DNA of 64,000 nucleotides from Bispira polyomma (Eukaryota): NCBI GenBank assembly GCA_965649765.1, contig OZ287753.1, positions 65,348,001 to 65,412,000 of the forward strand, read 5' to 3'. Shown piece by piece: positions 53,680 to 64,000 of this stretch (position 1 is its first letter; each line of letters starts with the position of its first letter). The notes under the pieces were generated by a model. It saw only the letters and a program-made list of their open reading frames with translations, ran no database searches and was not told where the DNA came from. The position numbers and the translations under genes were made by a program.

Positions 53680-54519
53680 GTACGTGTGCATGTGCCAGTG
53701 TCAAGTTTTTAGAAACAAAAAAGCTGGTTTTTGTTCTTGTCTGTACAAAGCTCTTTGTTTAGTACCTTGCTTGTAACAAACAAGAATTGGTCAATTCAGT
53801 GTCGTTTTTGTTTTAATAAAGATACCATGTGACTACTGCTAATAGTGCAAAACTGCACCTCTAAGGTTATTAGTGATATTAGTGATTGTAATAGTTAAGG
53901 ACATAAGGTTAACGTTACTCAACTAAGCAGTGTCTTTTAGAAAACAAAGAGAAAAAGTATGTCACCAGTCACAAGACCATGCATTGAAAAAAAAAAATGT
54001 AAAAAAAAAATCATGATTGACATTTTGACATGAAAAGTATGATTTATGAGGAATGAAGAAAATACAGTCTTCGAACTGTCTGCAGTAAATATACGCAACA
54101 TACATATTGATTTGCCCGAATGCCTGGGGCCATCGCTTTTTGCGATTGGCCACTTCCTTTCAAATTCTAGTGGCTTTTATGGCCACCTTATTTCCAGGGG
54201 TTCAATTTTTTTTACTACAAATGCTACGGTAAACTTTGGGTACCAGACTGTTCCTTTTTCTTCGGCACGCATGCACAGACAAAATTTTACCCTGAAATGT
54301 TTTTATTTTATTGAATTAGTAAGGATATGAATGAGAACTCCTCTTATTGTTAAATAAAAAGAATATTTTATATATTTGTAAGTAGTTTTGTATCATGTGA
54401 TCTTTATATTTTTTAATTGAAAGCCAATTTAATGCATATTTTATTAACTTCATCCATTATCGCCAAGTGCTCTCACTGCTTACAGTCTTTTCTTATCTTT
54501 GCTAGTGCTTTAATTTTTA

Positions 54520-55085
54520 AATTTTTACCCCATTATGCGGCCCTTCCTTTGGGGTTAAATAATTGGGGTTGTTTTAATTTTAAATTTCGAATTCGGTGTT
54601 TTACAGTCGACTCGACACCTCTTGCCCCACATTCGAAATAAATGCGAGGGGCTGATACATTTTCGGCTCATCTTGTGGCCCTCTCTTTGGGGTTAAATAT
54701 CTAGGCTTGCTTTAATTTTTAAATTTTGAATTCAGTACAAATTACGTGTTTCACAGTCAACTCGACCCCTCTTGCCCCCTCACCTGAAAAATAAGAGGGT
54801 GATATATATATATAAGCTGATATATTTTCAGCCCGTCTTGTGGCCCTCTCTTTGGGGTTAAATAACTGGGCTTGCTTTAATTTTACATTTCGAATCCAGT
54901 ACTTTACAATCAACTCGACCCCTCTTGCCCCCTTATTCGAAATAAATAATAGGGACTGGTAAATTTTTGGGCGATCTTGTGGCCCTCTCTTTGTGTTAAA
55001 TAACGTCGATTGCTTTTATATTAAATTTCAAAATCAGTGCAAAATTCTGTGTTTCACATTCAACTCGACCCCTCTTGCCCTTTCA
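54520..55085 (+). repeat. Degenerate tandem repeat, about 4 copies of 140-165 bp
   Basis: Repeated gccctctctttggggttaaat...caactcgacccctcttgccc. Confidence 0.75.
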
Positions 55086-55821
55086 TTCAAAAAAAAAATA
55101 AAATAATTTTTTTTAAATAACAAAATATAATATTGTATTATGCATTAAAATTTTTGTTCTAAGTCGTATTTTGAAAAACAATTTTACAGCTTAATTTTTC
55201 ATTGCCAAGTATTGGGCCACCTGATTCTAATCCGGGCCACCAAGCTATAAAATATCTAGTAGCCTAAAGGGCCACAACATTTTTTCCGCGAAGTTCACAC
55301 ACTGCCCGAGTGCAAGATAATTTAATCATTTTATTTCTTTCATCAATGAACTAAATTACTATACATAGCTATTCACTTTTAAGGTTAACCAAGAATGAAT
55401 AAATTTAAATGAATAAATTAATATCATTTATTATTACCAGTATGACTTCTGTTGTCTAGGAATCGTAACTGTTGCAAACACTGCTAATGAAGTGTATTTC
55501 TGTAGAAAGGTGGTTGTCATATTTGTAGCTGAGCATTATAAGTTAATTTATATAGTGTACTGTTTAATATTCTTTACTGCTATGAATATTACGAACAAGT
55601 CTGGTTTGTATACAGGTGCATCAGATCTCTTATATAGGTTCAACATCAAACAAAGCGAGGCTAAAGGGGTGAGCTACTATATATGGTCTTCATCAAAAGC
55701 TTTTCTCTTAAAACAATAGTCCTGAGTAAAGTCAAAGTGATCAAATATATATCTGTACCTTGTCATTTGCATAGTAATTAAGAGAAATTAATTAAAAGTT
55801 TTTTTCTCCACTTTTATGTAG

Positions 55822-55891
55822 CATCACTACAGAGACCGCCAGCCTATGTGCCGTTCTATAAAGTCAGAACTCAGGCCGCGAATGTATACAG
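55822..55891 (+). CDS. Gene B coding exon 3 (SSLQRPPAYVPFYKVRTQAANVY)
   Basis: Pyrimidine tract and tgtag| in phase 1; ag|gtaaaa in phase 2. Confidence 0.75.
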
Positions 55892-57199
55892 GTAAAAGCT
55901 GCTACAGTGGAACCTCTATTAGCCAGACATATTAGGGGAGCAAGATTGTGTTTGGATAATAGGAGATTCACAAAATATTAGAGCTATTTCTGAATAAAAC
56001 AACAGGAAAATATCATTTTGGGGAGTGTGTTTATTAAATTAAATATTTGGACAATAGAAGTTCGAATAATGGAGGTACTACTGAGTAGGTGGACGATTAG
56101 ACGAACGGTCGATTGATTGTCAGTGATACTCCAAGATCGTTTAACTTGTTGATCAGTCTTAATTTTATACATTCGCCAAATACCGTTTTTAACTTCAACC
56201 AATAAGATATTTTGACCTTTCAGTGTTATTTTATATAGTTTTTATGTCAAATAAAGCAATTTTTATCACTTTTACATTTGTTTTCGTTTACCGCTATGTT
56301 TACCGGAAGTCATATAGTTTAGCGGTAGATATTAATTGTTGAATGTTTGAATTTAACCAAATTCTTAACGGATCACAATATATTTGGCCCGGGATGGCAT
56401 GATGAGTAACTTAATACTTTAAACAATATAATTATGTGAATATCGATTATAGATAGGTAATTTATTCATCAGTCAGAAAATAAAACGGAAAATCGACTTA
56501 GGAAAAAAAGGCCAATTCCTAGCCAATATTAACTGTACATCAGAACAACAGGAACATGTGCTTATATATATTTAAATATTTATCATATTCAGTAAATTTT
56601 CAATTGGTAAAAAAAAACCCAATTTTTAGTAGTAAAGGAGGTTTCTATGCATAAATTACATATTATAAATATTTATTACAGTACATGCAATATATTCATA
56701 TTGCGGGTCAAGTTACCTAATTCTTAAGATTAAAGTGTAGATATCTTGATATTTACTAAAATCATCACATATCACCAATAGTTTTTGGTTCAATTACTAT
56801 CTGCGAATTTAGATACACCAAATTTAACAAGAACAAATTATAGAAAACCTTTTAATAGGTTAAATAGTATCACTTAGAGTCCAACCCTAAGAACTCTAAT
56901 AACCTAATAATGAGTCTGCCATTGTTTTATATACAATGCAGGAGCCATCTGTAACTTGAGGAATGCGTAAAGTCAAGTGTAGATAGTTTTATCTTTTTGT
57001 AGAAATACTAATCTACACAGTATTTTCTATCATGTTTTTAGAGCAAGATTTTGTTCAGCCAATAAAAGGTTCATAAAAGAGAAGAGACCTTTTTAGTACA
57101 AAACAATTACAAAATATAAATTTGGGGCTAGTGGAAATGTGTTCTTGAAATTAGAATATTTCGATATGTGTACAATATATTTTTTCTTTTCCAATGTAG

Positions 57200-57516
57200 T
57201 AAACACCTTAGTCCAGCGGTTAAGAAGCTAAAAGGTATACTACACAAACTCGAGGATAGCCGCTACTTAACAAGCAGTCAAAAGAACGGACTGGGTAGAG
57301 AGGTCAGAAGGATTGAGGAACACCTGCTTGCTGATGTGACTAACATGCTAAAACCTTACCTACACAAGACTTCCCGCTTTCGGGAGTCCTTCCCCAGAAA
57401 CGTGCTAATAGAAATCAGGGGCCTTGTCCCACTCATAGAAGAGCTGATGAAAGAGGCTGAAGCTATCCTCCATGATGCCAGACAGATAGAAAGGGACTTC
57501 AAGGATGAGCTAGCAG
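57200..57516 (+). CDS. Gene B coding exon 4 (helical repeat 1)
   Basis: tttttcttttccaatgtag| in phase 2; g|gtatgt in phase 1; lies within ORF 57168-57524. Confidence 0.9.
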
Positions 57517-58708
57517 GTATGTAACATACTGGTGAGTCTAGTGTTAACATAGAACTATTTTATAATGGACTTCCAAAAGAATGTTTTGGGTGAAATTTGG
57601 TTTATTTCCTAGTGTCTAGTGTTACCTGCCAACTATGGTGAAGCTACCCTCCATGATACAAGACAGATCGAAGGGAATTCAAAGACGAGCCAGCAGGTAT
57701 GTAAAGTATTGGTGAGTCTAGTGTTACCTTCAAACTATGATGAAGCTACCCTCCATGATGCCACATAGATGGAAAGGGATTTTAAAGATGAGCTAGCAGG
57801 TATGTAACATACTGGTGAGTCTAGTGTTAACATAGAACTATTTTATAATGGACTTCTAAAAGAAAGTTCTGGGTGAAATTTGGTTTATTTCATATATCCA
57901 GCTTCATCGTTTGGTAATACAAAAGAAATGTTAATGGAACCATACATGAGCCATAACTGTAAACATTATGTGAATCTCTGCAAAAGTTAATAAATACAAA
58001 GATGTATTAAATAAGCCCATAATAATGTTTTACAACATAATATAACATAGCATGAACATTTTATAAAGTGCTCAACTAATACAGTTTTGAAAACATGTAG
58101 TTTGTGGCAATCTTTTACTAAAAAATCTATCTTTAGTAAGAATGTTGTCAGATGTTTCCTTAAAACATTTGTAACTGACTGCATGTTTCTGATATCCGCA
58201 GTCAAACTGCTCCATGATTTTGGTCTGTCAAGACACTAAAACTTTGATCACTTGTTTTTGGAGATGTTAATGCAAAAATATATCAAAATCGCCCGTAATA
58301 ATTTTTTATGATGTGGATATCATGAAATTTCAAGGCTTTAACACAATTTTAATTCAAGGTCAGTAAATATCCATTTTGGAAAAAAATTACTTTTTATTTG
58401 TTAAGAAGTGAAAAAAGCTTCCTAAAATAACTTGTATCTAGGGTGTATTTAAGTTTTCTTTTGTGAAACTGACTTCTTCAACTTTAATATAAGGTGTTTT
58501 TAAGTTTTCTTCATGAAACCAGGCGATTTCACAAACATTCTGAGATTTTCTTAGCCTCATCCAATCAGATTTTTTTCATAGACTATTTTTAGCCAATTAA
58601 ATTGGTTGGGAAAAAAATTTTCGGTGTGGGCTAGGCTTCTAAAACCTAACAAGTAAAATAGATGACGTCATGAATACTGTGGCTTGGAGCTGTACTTTGT
58701 ACTTTCAG

Positions 58709-58851
58709 AAGAGCCGTCAACACTGGAAATTCAGCAGAGCGCAGCAGAGGTTTTACGCGAATTCTTTAGCTTGAAGGTGAAGGTCAGAGATGCTATGCAT
58801 TACTTTGAACAAAGAAAATACCTAACAGAGGAGGAGAAACACATGTTACTG
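58709..58851 (+). CDS. Gene B coding exon 5 (first part of helical repeat 2)
   Basis: actttcag| in phase 1; ctg|gtaagt in phase 0. Confidence 0.9.
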
Positions 58852-59089
58852 GTAAGTGCACATGGAACAATTCTGTGTATAAAAGTAACCTGATTAGTTT
58901 GGGCTCCCTCTAGACAGCAAGAAAATAGGAAAGTGGAACCTCGATTTCCAAATTTTTATCAGTCAAATATTTAATTTGATGATTGCACTTTCATACTAAA
59001 ATGCTTTTTAATGTTAATTTAAAAAAAAAAAAAAGTATTTTTTTTTATGTTAAAAAAATGGTACAACATTTAGGAAAATACTAATTATA

Positions 59090-59277
59090 ATTGATCACTT
59101 CATAGATAGTCACACATCCACCAATTTGATGTATTGTGGGTAAACTTTGGGATAAACATGAAACGCTTTGAATGGATGTTTCCGAAGAATAACCACAAAC
59201 TCAGAACTTGTTTACCCCAAAGAATATCCACAATACAGCAAATTGGCGGGTGCGTGACCATCTACGAAGTGATCAAT
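59090..59277. mobile_element. Foldback MITE
   Basis: Imperfect ~50-bp inverted arms attgatcacttcatagatagtcac.. / ..gtgaccatctacgaagtgatcaat. Confidence 0.7.
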
Positions 59278-59572
59278 GGGCTTGCCTAATGCAATGCTTA
59301 TAATGAGCCACCTTTGACCCCAAATATTAATGTGTATTGTGTTCTAAGATTTCAGTAAGTTTTTTTTTTATGTGGGAAATTTAAGGGTTGCAGGTACATA
59401 TGGTAATTGGGCCATATCACATATCTGCCTGTCAGTCTGTTTGTCAGTCCGGGCCTCTGTACAGAATATACTGCTTAGCTTGCAACTTAAATTGTATTGA
59501 CATACAGTTATATTTGAATTAGTTACTAATACTTCACTAAGTGGACCAAATCACTTATTATTCACCTTTCAG

Positions 59573-60085
59573 TAGGGAAGTCACGACTAGCCGGCTGGCT
59601 ACTTCGTGGCGACAGGAATAATGACAACTGCCAGTCCCAAATTAAAGTAAATGAATAATCGCTCCAAATATTTAAATAGGTAAATATATAAAACAACACC
59701 ATTATTTTTTACTAATATGACTTTTTCATTGATAAAAGTAAATTTATTTAACATAAACTAAATAGAAATCAAATGAAAATTCAGCCATTGTTTGCTTTGT
59801 TTACATCCTAGCGTGAAACGGGAAATGAAAATTTTAAATAAATTGGCGGACTTCCTGTTTTGTCCCATGCATCAGAAACGGCCCACAAAAGGAAAAATTG
59901 TAACAAATAAATGACAAAACATATGTATTTGACCATTATTTTACTGATTTCAAGTTATAAGAGCCTTTTTTTAGGTAATATGTAGGATAAACTACATTTT
60001 AAAATATTCGACGACTATTCAGAGCCGATGCGAATAATTAATGGCGAGTAATCAAGTCCGTTTTTTGGCACTCGTGAGGTCCCTA
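59573..60085. mobile_element. Non-autonomous hAT-type element
   Basis: TIRs tagggaagtcacga / tcgtgaggtcccta; 8-bp TSD cctttcag / catttcag. Confidence 0.75.
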
Positions 60086-60206
60086 CATTTCAGTTATTTT
60101 ACTATTATGTTAACCTACCTCCTAGTAAATTCAGCATGCTCTGGCCACTATATCGCCGTGGGGATGTGGAACCCTTTTTTTCTTTAGCATTGTATTCCTT
60201 TACTAG

Positions 60207-60425
60207 AATGAAGTGGAACGCGTGATGACACCAGCTGAAGAGGAGCGGATTAAGAACTTGCTGAAGCCGATTGCTCATTCTCAGAAGTTCGACATCTTCT
60301 ATCCCATTGGTACCATGGACAAAATCAATGACATCCATTCCGAGTTGGAGGACTGGTCTGAGGATGTGGATGATATTCAAAACGATGCAGTCGACAGGAA
60401 CAATGATAATCTTGAAAGATGTTAG
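60207..60425 (+). CDS. Gene B coding exon 6 (second part of helical repeat 2); ends at TAG 60425 or splices at t|gttagt 60420
   Basis: cctttactag| in phase 0; NEVERV...LLKP...YP aligns to exon 4. Confidence 0.85.
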   Translation, partial: NEVERVMTPAEEERIKNLLKPIAHSQKFDIFYPIGTMDKINDIHSELEDWSEDVDDIQNDAVDRNNDNLERC

Positions 60426-60569
60426 TGCCTAATAATTAATTACCTTATCCAAAGTGGTGATGTTTTCACCCATGTTCCTTGGTTTCTTTGTTTGTTTGTC
60501 ACCGTGAAAGGTGCTAAAGGAATGGGGGGGGAGGGGGGGGGCTTAGGCCAAGGAAGCATAGTATTAAGT

Positions 60570-61290
60570 GTCCCGTAAGGCGTGATAAAATAATTTCCTT
60601 TGTATTGTATACATTAGAAGATTCACGCAAAAGGAGCCGCCTTTTCTATTGGCTATAGCTCAGCAACCACTGGGTGGATTCTCTTCAAATTTAGCAGATG
60701 TATGCAGTAGCGCTGGGAGAAAATGTCAATATGGTGTCATCACATTTTGACCAATCAGAGAAGTCACATGACCAAAAACACTTTTTAAAGGGGGGTGTTT
60801 GTCCGGATGATAACTTTAAAAGCGCTTTACCTATTCTCATGAAATTTGGCAAGTAGGTTTCTTATATAGATGTCTGGAAGAAGATAACTTTGGGAAGTGA
60901 TCCGATACAAAATAGACTTATTAACAATTAATTAAACGTTAGGATTTTTCGAAACGAAGAAAATGAAAAATCCTTAATATCTCGGAAACGGTGCGAGATA
61001 GAGCGATTTCGGCTGGATTTTGGGCCCAAGGTAAACCCAGTCAAAAATTCCAAAAATTTCCAAAAAGTCTAAATTTTCATTTTTTTTTTTTGCAATTTTT
61101 TTTTTTTTTTGTGCAATATAGATAGTTTTTTGAGCAATATATATTATTTTTAAATTTTTTAAAAAATCGCTCTCTCGCCATTTTTTGCGGCCAGCTTGAA
61201 TTTCTGCGTTAAACGCAAAAACGCATTTATCTCGGAAACGGTGCCAGATAGAGCAATTTTGGCGGAATTTTGGGCCCACAGGATAAAGGC
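60570..61290 (+). mobile_element. Non-autonomous interspersed repeat (Helentron/HINE-like)
   Basis: Typical aaatttggc-type blocks and duplicated atctcggaaacggtgc.agatagagc.attt motifs; termini not resolved. Confidence 0.45.
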
Positions 61291-61662
61291 AAAAAATTGC
61301 TCAATGTCTTATTTGGATTTCAATTTACAATTTCCTTTCATTTGCAAAACAGTACTCTAGTTTACATTTTGTTTGTGACCGTGAAAGGTGCTAAAGGAAT
61401 AGGTGGGGAGGGACAACAAAGACGACATCACCATGAAATGAATGTACACTTACGGTTAATAAAATCCTCACTTGTTCAGACTAATACAAGTCAAATCAGT
61501 ACAAAAACTAGTTACCTATAGTACACTAATCCTGTACACTAAGTGTTTCTGAAACATTTCAAAACAATCTGACACTTAGGACAATTTTCATCACAGCTAG
61601 GTATAAGTTAAAGCTTCTCTTTAACTGTTAAAGTAATCCAATGGATATCAGTAACTGACATT

Positions 61663-62025
61663 TCCCTAGCGGTGCTATTATTATGTGGGGGGTGGACATA
61701 TTATTTTTGCTTTTTCCGGCGTCCGTCACGTTTGGTTTCTGTTCATTTCAAGGAAAAGTATTTATCCTATGTTTACCAAATTTGGTATGGGTGTTTATTG
61801 GGTTAATAGCTTGCATGGGATTGCTTTTGGTGAAGATAGCTCCATAGCTAACTGAGTAATACCTACTTACTTACTTTTATGTACTTCTTTTGTTTCCGTG
61901 CATTTTAAGGAAAAATATTTGACATATCTTTACCAAATTTGGTATGACCAATAGTATAGGCCAATAGCTTGCTTGGGATTGCTTTTAGTAATAATAGCTA
62001 TATAACTGACTCAGCAATAGCTACT
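61663..62025 (+). mobile_element. Non-autonomous interspersed repeat (HINE-like) with internal duplication
   Basis: cgtccgtc core and duplicated tttaccaaatttggtatg...aatagcttgc.tgggattgctttt blocks. Confidence 0.45.
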
Positions 62026-62744
62026 TCAGTCCAGAGGATAACGCCACTTCCCCCGCCAGAGTTTGGCCAGTGTTTATCTCCCTCCCTGCCTTGTCTGCTC
62101 AGTGGGATTGTTTATACAGATAACACAGAGCTGATGAAGGATTCACTCCTCCACATTGCCTCCACATGTCCAGTACTGTTTTAGTTTTCAGTACATTCCC
62201 GATCACATATATAATAAGCACATATATACACACACACATGCATACTCATTAGAACACATTCTATTCAGCAGAATTATTTGTTCCATTTGCTTGTGTAAGA
62301 GAATAAATATAGAATCTCCAAGTCAGGTCATTACTGAAGTGAACTGAAAAACAGAGATAGGATTAAAGTTATAATTACATGTACTGTATCTTGTTAATAT
62401 TTTTTTATTAAAATAAAGAACATCTAAAGGAACATCAATTATACTTTTACACCCCAAACTCAATCTATAATATAATTATAAAATATAAAGGAAAAATAGT
62501 GACTTCTACTCGGTTTTGTGATTTTATTTGATTAAACTTTTTGAAAGTAAATGTTATACTATTTTTGTTGTGTTTGTGTGTTGTATAACATAAAAATCTA
62601 AGAGAATTGTTATAAATATGTTACATCCAAGATCTTCTGTGACATAAATATAGACACTCGAGATTTCTTTTTCTCAAAGGACACATTGATGAGTTGAGAA
62701 TTGAGTCAAGGATTGAGTAGATATGCCAGCAGATAGAGTGAGCA

Positions 62745-63570
62745 TTACCGCCCGACCTGGCCGCGAATGACCCCCAGGGATTCAGGAACTACACCAAGAT
62801 GGATGCCTAACTGTTTAATGAGATGTCGACCAGGCTGGAGGGCAGGCTGCAGAGAGGTAGGACATGCTATCGTGCCCCCCTGCCTGCTGGATTGAAGCTG
62901 GCCATTGTGCTGCGATTTTTGGCCACGGGGGACTCAACCATCAGCTTGGCCTTTGACTTCAGGGTCGGCAGATCTAATGTCAACAAGATGGTGCTGGAAG
63001 TCTGTGAGGCCATATTGGGTGAATACCAGGATGAGTGGCTGACCTGTTCAACCACCCCAGATGACTGGAATGAGGTAGAAGGCATCGTCCGTACCAGGTG
63101 GAATGTGCCCAAATGCCTTGGGTGCTCTTGATGGCAAGCATGTGGCCATAAGATGTCCCAGAGGAGGTGACGGCCAGTACTTTAGCAAGGGCTTCCACTC
63201 CATTGTACTGCTGGCTCTTGTAGATGCCTTTTATCGCTTCCTCTGGGTGGATGTTGACTGCAGTGGCTCGTGGTCGGACTCCCAGATATTCAACCAATGT
63301 GAGTTAAGGGACATGATCGAGGACGGCTCAATTGGATTTCCCCCACTGCTACGCATCAGCCTGACCAGACCTGCAGTGCTATGCTTCATCCTAGACTGAA
63401 AGCATGGCTGATGAAGCCTTTCTCCCGCCGAGGCATGACCTCTGAGCAGAAGATCTATAACTACAGGATAAGCAGCGGCAGGAGGGTGGTGGAGGATGCC
63501 TTCAGGATCCTCAGCAACAGATGGAGGGTACTCCTGACCACCATCCATCCATCCATATAGATACAGGCCC
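62745..63570 (+). mobile_element. PIF/Harbinger transposase (HARBI1-like DDE) pseudogene
   Basis: KLAIVLRFLATGDS, F.VGRS.V, GALDGKHVAIRCP, KGFHSIVLLALVDAFYRFLWVDV, SDSQIF, IYNYRISSGRRVVEDAF; frameshifts and a deletion. Confidence 0.92.
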
Positions 63571-63644
63571 CACATTTAACTAATCTCTGTAAGACACATC
63601 AACCAAGGTCCATGAAAGACAAGGCACTAAATTAATAAAAATAA

Positions 63645-63882
63645 CCTTTGGGTTCAAACCCTTTTAAAATATTGTTAAAATTTTTGGGTACCCGGATTCA
63701 AACCCGTTATTTTTTAGACCTTGTGGGGGATCCTGATTCAAACCCTTTATTCTTTAAAACTTGTGGGGACCAGGGTTCAAACCCGTTAACAAATCTTTAC
63801 AAATTGTGGGGGGTTAGGGTTCAAGCCCCATAACAATTCTTTACAAGTTGTAGGGAGGAGGGGGGGGGGTGTTAGGGTTCAA
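63645..63882 (+). repeat. Degenerate ~40-bp tandem repeat
   Basis: Recurrent ttgtgggg....ggttcaaaccc. Confidence 0.6.
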
Positions 63883-64000
63883 CTATTTTGTAATATTTGT
63901 GTTTGAGTGAGGTAAGTTTCTTTGTTGGGCCAGTAAGTCTTTTATTCTGATGGGTTTTTTGGTATTTGTAGGACATTGGACACACCACTTATACTATTGG

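Noticed and set aside
53203-53704. Minus-strand repeat ORFs or a poly(A)-tailed retrocopy
   Set aside because: No TSD seen; the T run serves as a polypyrimidine tract and the plus frame splices in phase on both sides.

Overview
AT-rich, repeat-dense eukaryotic DNA, most likely from an invertebrate animal. It has spliceosomal introns, tRNA-derived SINEs, DIRS-type tyrosine-recombinase retroelements, L2/CR1 and L1/Tx1 LINE remnants, a gypsy remnant, pogo and Harbinger transposase remnants and many MITEs. Two spliced + strand host genes that the ORF track shows only in pieces can be rebuilt by hand with GT-AG junctions and consistent phases. Gene A (8 coding exons, 27272-35331, about 497 aa) is a secreted protein with three Ser/Lys/Gly low-complexity blocks resembling silaffins, an acidic Cys/Asp module, polybasic cleavage sites and a Cys-rich C-terminus. 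A degraded inverted copy of one of its exons plus intron lies at about 1985-3110. Gene B (6 coding exons, 44117-60425, at least 423 aa) is a secreted pre-pro-protein with a 5 x 26-aa acidic propiece ending in KR, followed by a duplicated, probably helical domain of about 125 aa. Other points: a NADAR-domain fragment abutting an L2 LINE, a 28 x 63-bp array grown out of an LTR, a pogo element whose intron holds head-to-head TTAGGG repeats, and an unexplained block of same-strand short ORFs at about 3.2-7.2 kb. All family assignments are by eye from motifs; no database searches were run.
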